From: Macrostomum hystrix
Lineage: Eukaryota > Animalia > Platyhelminthes
Direction of reading: 5' to 3'
DNA: 64,000 nucleotides
NCBI GenBank assembly: GCA_950097015.1
Contig: CATNEN010000001.1
Location: 22,878,001-22,942,000, forward strand
Positions 26,201 through 39,600 of the stretch are shown here, in pieces (within the stretch, counting starts at the first letter, position 1; every line of letters starts with the position of its first letter). Below the pieces are notes generated by a model. The model saw only the letters and a program-made list of their open reading frames with translations. It was not told the origin of the DNA and searched no databases. The position numbers and the translations under genes are program-made.

Positions 26201-29200
26201 CTGAATCGATCCGCGCCAGCATCGGCCAAGGAGTATGTGGAGCTGCTGCACCAGAACACGAGATCGCTACTTCTATTTGGCAAGAACAATGTGCAGTCCC
26301 AGACAGCAAGCCTGAGTAAGCGGGTTGCTGGCTACCTCTCACTGCACCAGGGCAGTAGCGGTGAGTTTGTTCATTTTTTCTGCTTCTTAATCCCACTTCT
26401 TTAATTATTCCCTTTATTTTTCCCTTCCCACTTCCCTGCTGCAGCTATTGCGCGGCGCATCTGAAGGCTACTGTGTACGGCTGTTCAGTCCATGGACTGG
26501 GGGGACGCCACCCTCAATTACCCATTTAACAGCTGGGTGAACTGAAGCAATGCAGAGTTCATTGTCTTGCTAAAGGGGACACAAATTGTTTCACTGGAGT
26601 CTGGAATCGAACCCCCGACCTTCAAAGTCGTGAGTCCTAGGCTCTAAGAACTAGGCTACAACTCCTATATTATAATATTGATATACTAAGATAGCTCGGG
26701 TCATTGTTATGAGCGTAGTTGATTTATGACTGTTAATGGCTTTTCACCTCGCTGTCAGCTGGAACATTTTTTGTCATTTTAGTCTCAGCCGTGCCCAGGA
26801 ATTATTCATATTACCTAAGAATGGAAGCATAGCGCCTGCAAACTAAAGAGGAAATTGATATTTCTCCTGTTAGGCTTCCCCGTGGGGTCGGGATAAGAGG
26901 GATTTAAGTTCAGATATTGGGATTGGAATTTACTTCTTACCTGTCTGAAGCAAGAAGGTTTTATCTACGAGTTTAAGAGGCTACCGGCTGGTTAATATTG
27001 ACTGCCAACCACCTATGTATTGAATTGTTTAAGAATATTCTCACAGTTTTTTACATTTAACTGTTTAAGGAGTTTATTATTGAAGGGGATAATTACGTGT
27101 AAGAATAACGACCTGTGGTAAATAACTATGCTTGGGGATAATTACCTACTGGGAAAATTACCTACTGGGATAATTACCTACTGGGAAAATTACCTACTGG
27201 GATAATTACCTACTGGGATAATTACCTACTGGGATAATTACCTACTGGATAATTACCTACTGGATAATTACCTACCGGATAATTACCTACTGGATAATTA
27301 CCTACTGGGATAATTACCTACTGGGATAATTACCTACTGGGATAATTACCTACTTGATAATTACCTACTGGGATAATTACCTACTGGGATAATTACCTAC
27401 TGGGATGATTTTAATAATGATAGTAAGTGCCTCATATTCAATCTCGAGGGCAGGCCTTGTGGTGAAATGGACCCCCAACGCTCTCATGCTCGGTGGCGGA
27501 GGCGGAGGCGGCGGAGCCGGAGGCGGCGGCAGCAGCGGCAGCGCCAGTGACGTCACAGCCGGTGCGACCAACTCGCCAACCTGGCTGCCCGCCAATGCGC
27601 CGCATTCGCCCTGCGCCATGGGCTACTCGCCGCAGGCGCGTCGACCTGTCTGGGCGATGCAGCGACAGCAGCAGCAGCAGCCGTCGACGCCGCCACCGCC
27701 GCAGTCATCGCCGATGAAAGCTGTGCCATCAGCTTCGTCTTTAGTCGGTGGCGGCGGCTGCGGCGGAAGCGACAGCCCAAATTCGCCGGCATCAGTTGGC
27801 AGCGAGGTCTATGACACGTGAGTCCCACCCACTTCTCTCCCGCTCTACTTCTCTCCCACCTACTTCTCTCCCCTCTACTTCTCTCCCCTTTACTTCTCTC
27901 CCACCTACTTCTCTCCCCTTTACTTCTCTCCCACCTACTTCTCTCCCACCTACTTCTCTCCCACCTACTTCTCTCCCCTCTACTTCTCTCCCACCTACTT
28001 CTCTCCCCTCTACTTCTCTCCCACCTACTTCTCTCCCCTTTACTTCTCTCCCACCTACTTCTCTCCCCTCTACTTCTCTCCCCTCTACTTCTCTCCCCTC
28101 TACTTCTCTCCCCTCTACTTCTCTCCCGCTCTACTTCTCTCCCACCTACTTCTCTCCCCTCTACTTCTCTCCCCTCTACTTCTCTCCCACCTACTTCTCT
28201 CCCCTTTACTTCTCTCCCACCTACTTCTCTCCCCTTTACTTCTCTCCCACCTACTTCTCTCCCACCTACTTCTCTCCCACCTACTTCTCTCCCCTCTACT
28301 TCTCTCCCACCTACTTCTCTCCCCTCTACTTCTCTCCCACCTACTTTTCTCCCCTCTACTTCTCTCCCACCTACTTTTCTCCCCTCTACTTCTCTCCCCT
28401 CTACTTCTCTCCCACCTACTTCTCTCCCCTCTACTTCTTTCCCACCTACTTCTCTCCCCTCTACTTCTCTCCCCTCTACTTCTCTCCCCTCTACTTCTCT
28501 CCCACCTAATTTTCTCCCCTCTACTTCTCTCCCCTCTACTTCTCTCCCACCTACTTCTCTCCCCTCTACTTCTCTCCCACCTACTTCTCTCCCCTCTACT
28601 TCTCTCCCACCTACTTCTCTCTCCTCTATTTCTCTCCCCTCTACTTCTCTCCCCTCTACTTCTCTCCCCTCTACTTCTCTCCCCTCTACTTCTCTCCCCT
28701 CTACTTCTCTCCCCTCTACTTCTCTCCCACCTACTTCTCTCCCCTCTATTTCTCTCCACTCTACTTCTCTCCCACCTACTTCTCTCCCCTCTACTTCTCT
28801 CCCCGATACTTCTCTCCCCGCAACTTTTCTCTCTTTTTCTCTTCATTCCCTGCTTGAAGCCCATTTAAACCTGACCTTTACTTTCAATCCCCCACCCGCT
28901 CTCAACTTTTCTAGTTTCTCCTGTCTTTAAAAATCCCATTTTAATTCCATCTGATCCCATCAGCCGATAATCCGAAGCGCGCAAATAGCTCTACTCTCGA
29001 GCCACAAAGCGCATTTTAATTGAGGATAACAATTTGCTCTTCAATTATGACTTTCATAAGAATGTACCATTACTGAATAATAAAGAGCATATATATTCTA
29101 GAAGCAACAGCAGCAGCGAAATCAATAAAAATGCGGCTCTTATTTATAGAAATTGCGCCCTGGATAGATGCGGAACCCTGGGACTCAGGGAGGGCTGGGG

Positions 29201-30604
29201 CCTACTGAGCAGACTGTTGAGTACGCCACCCTGGCAGCCCTGCTGTTAGTATACAGAAAATTTAATTACGACCCTTTGGCGCGACCTTGCACGCATTGAT
29301 TAGATTTTTGTAATAGGACAAAAGGCCAGGCGAAGGCACTGAGCCTTGAAACGAGGCTAGAAATGCGGATATGAAAATGCCCTCCTGCTCAGGGTTGCTG
29401 CCCAGTTACTATTTTCCTGCTTAGACACCTGTAAATAGTAAGGATAATTTGGAACCTAATGGATTCTTCTAAAACTTAGGAAGAAAATTTGGAAAGCAGT
29501 TGGATAAGTAAGTAATCAGGGAAGTTAATTTTATAAAACAGATTGGGATTAATTAAATATTAATTAATCATCAATGATATAATGTCGAAAAAAAAGAATA
29601 TAACCAAGATTAATTGAAAGTCTGGGACCATTTAGAAATGATCGGATAAAAATGAAGCTAATGTGATAAGTTATAAATCAATTCAGGGGATTGATTTATT
29701 ACTATCCCCTGAACTATTCCCTTTTAGCCTATTGGTCAGAGCATCGGACTCACGAGCTTGATGGTCAGGGGTTCGATTCCCGACTCCACTGGAACAATTT
29801 GTATCATTTAGCAAGACACTTAACTCTGCATTGCTTCAGTTCACCCAGCTGTTTTATGGGTACCCGCAATAGCTGGAGTAATTGCGGGCGGATGGGGCGT
29901 CCCCCCCCCAGTCCATGGACTGGACAGCCGTACGCAGCCTTCAACTCTCCTTGACCTACCCGCAGCCGCTGGGAGGCCGCTATTACTGTACACGTCGAGG
30001 ACATGGTGTACATCCACTGTCACAGCAGCCAGCAGGAGGGCTCCTCGCTGGTGTTCGTGGCTCAGGACGGCACACAGGTGCCTCCGTTGATCTTCCCACC
30101 TGGCGGCCACCTGCTGCAGTTTCTGACCTGCCTGGAGAACGGCCTCCTACCAAACGGCTCTCTGGACCCGCCGCTTTGGTCGCACAAGAACAAGGGCAAG
30201 GTGTTTCCCCAGATGAAACGGAAGAGCATTCTCAAGGTGAGATTGACCATTTGCAACTTTGAGGGCCAACCTCCAAAGCACAGGGAGAGTGTACACTGCC
30301 TGACGATGAGAATGGGCGGAATTATGCGACAGTGTCTACAAAGTCTTAAAGAAGAAAGCAAGAACTCATTATGATAATCTATTGCCAATCATATCTATGG
30401 CACTCTTACAGGACACATTCCTTGCCGGCTTACTCAGCCAAGACGACGACTCAGACTCAAACGAGCCGGTGGACTCTGAAGCAGCCGCCGCAGCCACTCC
30501 GTCCGACTTGGTGTTTCGCATCGTCTATCGGAATTCTCGATTCTCATTCGAATCTACGGAGTCTAGTGCTAGCAATGATTCTGCTTTCGTCTGGCAGGAG
30601 ACCA

Positions 30605-30639
<35 letters not shown>

Positions 30640-33600
30640 CAGAACCAGCAGCTGCAGCGCCGAATGAGCATCCGACGCCTTTGCGACAGCATGAGGCGAC
30701 AGATCCTGTCGAGGGCCTTCTACGGCTGGCTGGCGCACGTCAGGCACTCCCGGACAGTCCGGCGGCACTTGGCCAGCCTGCTCTGCGGCAGCCGGGACAG
30801 CCTGGGCACTGCTGAGGCCTATCCGCAGGGCCTCACCAAGGAGATTCTGGCCAGGGGTCGGCGGGATGAGATCTGCCAGGCTGTGTACTGGGGCGGCTGC
30901 CCGCCACAGCTCAGGAAAAAGGTTGGTTTCCAGGGCTGGCTGGGATTGGGATTCTGGTAGGATGGGATTGGGATTCTGGTAGGATGGGATTAGGATTCTG
31001 GTAGGATGAGATTGGGATTCTGGTAGGATGGGATTAGGATTCTGGTAGGATGAGATTGGGATTCTGGTAGGATGGGATTGGGATTACAATAGGATGGGAT
31101 TGGGATTACAATAGGATGGGATTGGGATTCTGGTAGGCCGGGATTGGGATTCCAATAGGGTGGGATTGGGATTCTGGTAGGCCGGGATTGGGATTCTGGT
31201 AGGATGAGATTGGGATTCTGGTAGGATGGGATTGGGATTACAATAGGATGGGATTGGGATTCTGGTAGGCCGGGATTGGGATTCCAATAGGGTGGGATTG
31301 GGATTCTGGTAGGCCGGGATTGGGATTCTTGTAGGTTGGGGTTGGGATTCTGGTAGGAACTGATTGGGATTTTGGTACCTGGGATAGGGATTCTGGTAGG
31401 ATCGAATTGGGATTTCGGCTAAATAGGATTGGAATTCTATTAGATTGGGATAAGTATTCTTGTAGTTTGGGATTGGGATTTGGGTAGGATAGGAATATAG
31501 GATACGCATTCTGATAGTGAATCATTTAGATTGGGATGTAGTGAGTAAGTAGTTTTTTGGATACAGACAAACGAATTCCCAAATATGAAATTGCTGAACA
31601 CCTGAGCAGGTAGCACTATTGAAATCTCGTCACTAAAGGCTATTGAAATTCTTAGTCAGGCCAGTTTGACCCGCCCCTAGCTGTGCATCCAATTATATTT
31701 CCTCCGTTTTTTTGTCCCCATCCGAACAAGCGACTCACCTGAGAACATCAACTGGGCGGCTGGCTTTGAGATTATCGCCTTAGCCTCATCATGTGTCGTT
31801 TCCGGCCCTGGTCCCTTGTTATCCCCAGATCTCAATTAGTCCTCAAATCTAGTCTCCATGCAGTCGAATCGGGCCCCCTCGCGCCTGTCTGGTCCTTATC
31901 CGAGGTGAAGACCCCCCCGAGGGTCCCTCTCAATTAAAACATAAAAAATTGCCGCTTGCGTGACAATATACCCGGCCTAATTCTAAAAGTACTTCCCTGT
32001 CTACTGGGCAAGAGTGATTTTTTAGAGGCCTGTAGGATAGACTATTGACGACTGAGCAGAATAAGAACTACTCAAACATCTGTCTCAAGAGACAGGGCGC
32101 TAATGCGATGCTCAGTCAATGCTTCAGGGCTTCGGGTTTTAAATAGACACTGTTTGAAGGGCCTGCAAGACAAGAGGAGGCAGAATATATGAAGATAGAT
32201 AGAAGAGAAATGGCTTGGAGTAGAGATGAGAGACGAGAGAGGAGAGATGGGAGAAGAGAGGAGAGATGGGAGAAGAGAGGAGAGATGGGAGAAGAGAGGA
32301 GAGATGGGAGAAGAGAGGAGAGATGGGAGAAGAGAGGAGAGATGGGAGAAGAGAGGAGAGATGGGAGAAGAGAGGAGAGATGGGGCAATAGAGGAGAGAT
32401 GGCATGGGAGAGAAGATGTCCGAGAAGAGAGGAGAGATAGGAGAGAAGAGAGAAGAGATTGCATGGGAGAGAAGATGGGAGAGAAGAGAGGAGAGATGGG
32501 AGAGAAGAGAGGTGAGATGGGAGAAGAGAGGAGAGATGGGAGAGAAGAGAGAAAAGATGGGAGAAGAGAGGAGAGATGGGAGAGAAGAGAGGAGAGATGG
32601 GAGAGAAGAGAGGTGAGATGGGAGAAGAGAGGAGAGATGGGAGAGAAGAGAGGAGAGATGGGAGAGAAGAGAGGTGAGATGGGAGAGAAGAGAGGAGAGA
32701 TGGGAGAGAAGAGAGGTGAGATGGGAGAAGAGAGGAGAGATGGGAGAGAAGAGAGGTGAGATGGGAGAAGAGGTGAGATGGGAGAAGAGAGGAGAGATGG
32801 GAGAAGAGAGGAGAGATGGGAGAAGAGAGGAGAGATGGGAGAAGAGAGGAGAGATGGGAGAAGAGAGGAGAGATGGGGCAATAGAGGAGAGATGGCATGG
32901 GAGAGAAGATGGGAGAGAAGAGAGGAGAGATAGGAGAGAAGAGAGAAGAGATTGCATGGGAGAGAAGATGGGAGAGAAGAGAGGAGAGATGGGAGAGAAG
33001 AGAGGTGAGATGGGAGAAGAGAGGAGAGATGGGAGAGAAGAGAGAAAAGATGGGAGAAGAGAGGAGAGATGGGAGAGAAGAGAGGAGAGATGGGAGAGAA
33101 GAGAGGTGAGATGGGAGAAGAGAGGAGAGATGGGAGAGAAGAGAGGTGAGATGGGAGAAGAGAGGTGAGATGGGAGAAGAGAGGAGAGATGCGAGAGAAG
33201 AGAGGAGAGATGGGAGAAGTGAGGAGAGATTGGGGAGAAGATGAGAAATAAAGATTCTCAAAGAAAATAAGAAATGGGAGAAGAGAGATCCTTTATTTCC
33301 CGATATGTATTGAAAAACTATTAAAATAGCTAATCGTAGCGAGTGCAAATTTTTCTACACAAAAAAAATTTTTTTGAGAAACACAAAAACACTTTGGTAT
33401 CATGCACGCCTTCAGTGATGAAAAATGCCACTCCTGCTCAAACTGATCCCCCGTTTGTTCGGGTTTGAGGCGGAGCAAAACAGAGCAGGCGGTTTTAAAT
33501 TCTGAATTTAATGAGCCGTGAATTAAAGAAAATACGACGCATAAAGGCAAGAATAAAGGATCGATTGCAGACTAAAGCCTGGCAACTAGATTTGGGCGGA

Positions 33601-36600
33601 TCTGGTCTCGTGTGACTGTTCCTGTGATGTCTATACCTGGGATTCGTCCTTGACTATTTCCTGGAAGATCAATCTTATAAACCTGACTTAATGGTGCTAT
33701 TTTCACTACTCGCAGTAGAAATATGAGCATTTGCTAGCCGAAATTAAATTTTCCGCAACAACGACTTACAGTCTTAATTGCAAATACTTTTACTAGTATT
33801 TTTCCAAAGATCGCGTACATCTTGCTGTTCAGTCCAGTTTTTTACTTAGTCTGAGATTCGAACCCCCGACCACTCAGCCTGGAGTCCAGAGCACTAACCA
33901 CTCGCTGCCACACGCAAACTCGAAGTATTTACCATTTACTAGCAGTAATACTAATAGAGGGGGTAGGGGGTCAGTGGCAGAGCGGGCTGACGCGTTTGCC
34001 TGTCCCACCAAGGTCCCTGAGCTCGATTTCGCGGTGAGGCCACTCAAGCACTTTTATTAGAGAAGGCTTGGGGGCTTGTCATTCAATTTACGCCCTTGAG
34101 GGCCAACCTTCCAGGTACAGTGAGAGTGTACACTGCCTGACGATGGGAAAGTCAGGACAGATGTACATACCTGTGTGAGCCTATGCCTGCGTTACGGAAT
34201 CTGAGTGCGTGTGTGCTCAGGAGTCAGCGAAATGGACATAATTGTCTCCTCGCTGGCTGCGGGTCTGGTGTCACCAAATGATGTGCCATTGCCCACAGCC
34301 CTCCTGCAATTATTATTATTAAAATTAGCAGTGATAGAACCGCAAACACTGCCGCAGGTGTGGCCTCTGCTGCTCGGCCTGCGGTCCTGGGACGCCACCG
34401 ATGATGACGCCGGCCGTCAGGACCGGGAGCTGCAGATGCGCTTCGAGAATCTGCTGTCAGACTGGAGTCCGCTGGATGTCATTGTTAGAGAGGACGCCAA
34501 GGAGTCCGCCACGGCTGCCAGGGAGGAGCTGCAGCGGAAGCTGACGGCCGCACAGTCCTCGGCCGGCAAGGAGAAGCAGCAGCAACAGCAGCAGTCGTCG
34601 TCCAAGCAGCAGCCAAGGCAGGAGAGTGTTGAAGATTCTGGGCAATCAACTACTGCTGGCGTGGCCGTCGAGATCGAGGACTCTGAAGGTCAGCAGTCGC
34701 GCACAGCGTCAACATCGACTGCCACCAACGCTGGGGAGTCATCAGCGCTGCAGTCCTCAGACAGCGGCTTCCAGTCCAGCAGTCTGCCGCTTGCGCCCGA
34801 CCTACCGCCAGGTGAGCGGCAAAAATCAAAGAATTTGAATATTTTTTGTGTTGGCGGCCGCTATCTGTTTGTAATAGCTCTCAAATTAATGGCGGCTCCT
34901 TTGATCTTCTTATTCTAATCGTCGTTAGTAGAATATATTGCGGCTTCTTTGATCTCTGTTTTATCGCTTGATTTTTAGACTAGATAGCGCTACTCCTTTG
35001 ATCTTATCTTATCGTTGAATATTGGAATCGAAGGCGGCTCCTTTGATCTTATATTATCGTTGCATATTGAAATGGAAGGCGGCTCCTTTGATCTTATCTT
35101 ATCGTTGAATATTGGAATCGAAGGCGGCTCCTTTGATCTTATCTTATCGTTGCATATTGAAATGGAAGGCGGCTCCTTTGATCTTATCTTATCGTTGAGT
35201 ATTGAAATGGAAGGCGGCTCCTTTGATCTTATCTTTTCGTTGAATATTGGAATGGAAGGCGGCTCCTTTGATCCTATCTCTAATCCCTCACAGTCGCTGA
35301 TTTACTTGATATTTCTTCCATGCCATCGCTTTGGTTGATTTTGAATGTCGAATATTGTTTATTTGTTTTAAAATTTCAGACAAACAACTCATTGAAGGAC
35401 ATTGCGCTTTAGACTCAGGTAGCCTCAGGAGTTAAAATATTGAATAACGGATATATGGAAAATTAATTAATCAGAAATGATGTTCATTTTTTAACTCATT
35501 GTTTTGCTCAAATTTTAATCAGAATGTTTTTTGGTCACTCGTTTTAAATTGTAAAATTTATTTTATTTTAATTCTAAAGTAAGGTACATTACAAAATTGC
35601 TTTTTGCTTGATTTAATTCTTCAATTTTTTCGACTCTACGTAGGCCTTTTTAGTTTTGCTGCACTTTGTTGCAGAACAAAAGCGGGCCTACTGCTTCTTT
35701 GAACCAATTTTTGCTTGACTTAAAAGAATGTAGAAGACAACAGAAGCCTCGCGAGGCAGGTGTCCTGAAGCTTAAAGAAAATTTTCGTTCAAAGATTTAA
35801 TTTTATTTGTGAAAAAAACTATTTTTCGTTTCTGAGCAGACTCTTCAAGCCGGCTGTCCACCTCGCGCGAGAGTCTGGTGTCGCCGGCCAGCCCTGCTTC
35901 CAACGGTGGAGTGTACTCTGTGAGTGGCCGCTGTTTGTACCATAGACAGTGTGGAATTGGTTACCAAGGAGGTCTCTTGTAGACTACCTAAAAGTGCACT
36001 GCACCAAATTAGCACATAAGTCCCACTTCCCATAAATCCCACTTCCCAGAAATCCCACTTCCCATAAATCCCACTTCCCATAAATCCCACTTCCCAGAAA
36101 TCCCACTTCCCAGAAATCCCACTTCCCATAAATCCCACTTTCCATAAAACCCACTTCCCATAAATCCCACTTCCCATATATCTAACTTCCGATAAATCCC
36201 ACTTCCCATATATCTAACTTCTCATAAATCCCACTACCCATATATCTAACTTCTCATAAATCCCACTTCCCATAAATCCCACTTCCCATTAATCCCACTT
36301 CCCGTAAATCCCACTTCCCATATATCTAACTTCTCATAAATCCCACTTCCCATATATCTTACTTCCGATAAATCCCACTTCCCATATATCTAACTTCCGA
36401 TAAATCCCACTTCCCATATATCTAACTTCCGATAAATCCCACTTCCCAGAAGTCCTACTTCCCTTAGATTCCATTTTGCCTGAAACCGAATTCCTCTAAA
36501 TCGTGCTTTGGATAGGTGGTAATTAGATTCCCCCTAGATACCAATTCCGGAAAATCCGTCTTAAAATAATTTCTGCAACACACTACTACCCAGATTAATT

Positions 36601-39600
36601 ACTCCAGTGTTAGTATAACTTGGCCACACTGAACAGCAGTAAAGTACATTCGTCACCCATCACTGAATTAAACATCGCAGCCCGAACTGATCGAGCTCAT
36701 CTCTCTCAACTGGCACCGCATCGACAAGGATGTGATGCGCTGCGATCGACACATTCCCTTCTACGCCAGACCGGAGAACCTGGAGAGCCTCAGGAACATC
36801 ATGTGTTCATATGTGTGGCAGAATATCGAGGTAGGATTTCTGCCTACACTAGGAAACTGCCCAAATGGACTTTCGCCCCAGAGGATTGAAAATTGAAAAT
36901 TGAAAATTGAAAATTCCCAAAAGAATAGGTAACAAAGGAATCTGCCGAGCAGCTTTCCTTCGATTCCTCGTACGATTCCTCTACAAATGTAGTCGCTAAT
37001 AAACTTTCTCAGGTGGGCTACATTCAGGGCTTCTGTGACCTGCTGGCCCCCCTGCTGATTGTGATGGAGGACGAGTGGCTGGCCCTAGGCAGCTTCGCCA
37101 AACTCATGGATCGAATGATTGGAAACTTCCCAGCTGGGGAATCGGCCGCCGACTATGCCGGCCCGGCCTCCCCAATGGATCGGCACATGGCCAACCTGCG
37201 CGCCCTCATGCAGGTGACGGATCCCCACCTGTATGAGCACCTGCTCAGGCGTGGCGACTACACTGAGTTCTACTTCTTTCACCGCTGGTTCCTGCTCGAC
37301 TTCAAGCGAGGTCAGATCCAGCTTTTATCCTCAGATCCCCCTCAGTGGTCCTCAGATCCCTCTTCAGGGGTCCTCAGATCCTCATTCAGTGATTCTTTCT
37401 GATCCCCTTCAGTGATCCCCTCTGATCCCCTTCAGTGATCCTCTCTGATCCCCTTCAGTGATCCTCTCTGATCCCATTCAGTGATCCTCTCTGATCCCAT
37501 TCAGTGATCGGCAGATCCCCTTCAGTGATCGGCAGATCCCCTTCAGTGATCCTCTCTGATCCCATTCAGTGATCCTCTCTGATCCCATTCAGTGATCGGC
37601 AGATCCCCTTCTGTGATCCTCTCTGATCCCCTTCAGTGATCCCTAGGTCCCCTTCATTTATCTTTACGTTTCAGCCTCAGATCCCCGCAGATGCTTAACT
37701 ACGCTCATTATCCCTTATGCAGAGTTCTACTACAACGACATCTTTCTGCTGTGGGAGACCATCTGGGCGGCCTGGAATCTGATCTCGGGCAGTTTCAACG
37801 TGTTCATCGCTATGGCACTGCTGCGAGAGTACCGCGGCGTGATCATGGACAACAACATGGACTTCACCGACATCATCAAGTTCTACAATGGTGAGCAAGG
37901 GTGTGTGGGTAATTAGGGCAGGTGAGTGAGAAGTGGACGCTAAGGTAGACAGGTGAGAAGTAGACGCCAAGGTAGAAAGGTGAGAAGTAGACACCGAGGA
38001 TACAGATGAGAAATAAAAACAAAGACGCCAAGCTTTGTGAGAAGACAGGTGAGAATTAGACAACTGGGTAGACAGGTGAGAAGTAGACGCTAAGGTAGAA
38101 GTAGATAGCAAGGTAGACAGGTGAGAAGTAGACAACTTGGTAGACACGTGAGAAGTAGACACCAGGTTAGACAGGTGAGAAGTAGACACCAGGATAGACA
38201 GGTGAGAAGTAGACACCAGGATAGACCGGTGAGAAGTAGACACCAGGATAGACAGGTGAGAAGTAGACACCAGGATAGACAGGTGAGAAGAAGACAACAA
38301 GGTAGACAGGTGAGAAGAAGACAACAAGGTAGACAGGTGAGAAGAAGACAACAAGGTAGACAGGTGAGAAGTAGACACCAGGATAGACAGGTGAGAAGTA
38401 GACACCAGGATAGACAGGTGAGAAGAAGACAACAAGGTAGACAGGTGAGAAGAAGACAACAAGGTAGACAGGTGAGAAGAAGACAACAAGGTAGACAGGT
38501 GAGAAGTAGACACCAGGATAGACAGGTGAGAAGTAGACACCAGGATAGACAGGTGAGAAGAAGACAACAAGGTAGACAGGTGAGAAGAAGACAACAAGGT
38601 AGACAGGTGAGAAGAAGACAACAAGGTAGACAGGTGAGAAGTAGGCACCAGGATAGACAGGTGAGAAGTAGACACCAGGATAGACAGGTGAGAAGAAGAC
38701 AACAAGGTAGACAGGTGAGAAGTAGACACCAGGATACACAGGTGAGAAGTAGACACCAGGATAGACAGGTGAGAAGAAGACAACAAGGTAGACAGGTGAG
38801 AAGAAGACAACAAGGTAGACAGGTGAGAAGAAGACAACAAGGTAGACAGGTGAGAAGAAGACAACAAGGTAGACAGGTGAGAAGTAGACAACAAGGTAGA
38901 CAGGTGAGAAGTAGACAACAAGGTAGACAGATGAGAAGAAGACAACAAGGTAGAGATGTGAGAAGTAGACACCAGGATAGACAGGTGAGAAGTAGACACC
39001 AGGATAGACAGGTGAGAAGTAGACAACAAGGTAGACAGGTGAGAAGTAGACACCAGGATACACAGGTGAGAAGTAGACACCAGGATAGACAGGTGAGAAG
39101 AAGACAACAAGGTAGACAGGTGAGAAGAAGACAACAAGGTAGACAGGTGAGAAGTAGACACCAGGATAGACAGGTGAGAAGAAGACAACAAGGTAGACAG
39201 GTGAGAAGAAGACACCAGGATAGACAGGTGAGAAGAAGACACCAGGATAGACAGGTGAGAAGAAGACAACAAGGTAGACAGGTGAGAAGAAGACAACAAG
39301 GTAGACAGGTGAGAAGTAGACACCAGGATAGACAGGTGAGAAGAAGACAACAAGGTAGACAGGTGAGAAGAAGACACCAGGATAGACAGGTGAGAAGAAG
39401 ACACCAGGATAGACAGGTGAGAAGAAGACAACAAGGTAGACAGGTGAGAAGAAGACAACAAGGTAGACAGGTGAGAAGAAGACAACAAGGTAGACAGGTG
39501 AGAAGAAGACACCAGGATAGACAGGTGAGAAGAAGACAACAAGGTAGACAGGTGAGAAGAAGACACCAGAATAGACAGGTGAGAAGAAGACAACAAGGTA

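Noticed and set aside
29724-29790. Functional tRNA genes (also 26590-26662, 33850-33912, 51157-51225)
   Set aside because: A/B boxes are present, but cloverleaf stems are degenerate and three of the four heads run into shared SINE body sequence.
27748-33348. Mucin-like (TSLPS)n, RS/ER-rich and Leu/Ser-rich ORFs
   Set aside because: Products of the 15-bp and 19/21-bp intronic minisatellites.
34136-34165. CTGACGA in SINE B as a hammerhead core
   Set aside because: No GAAA after a closed stem II in any copy.
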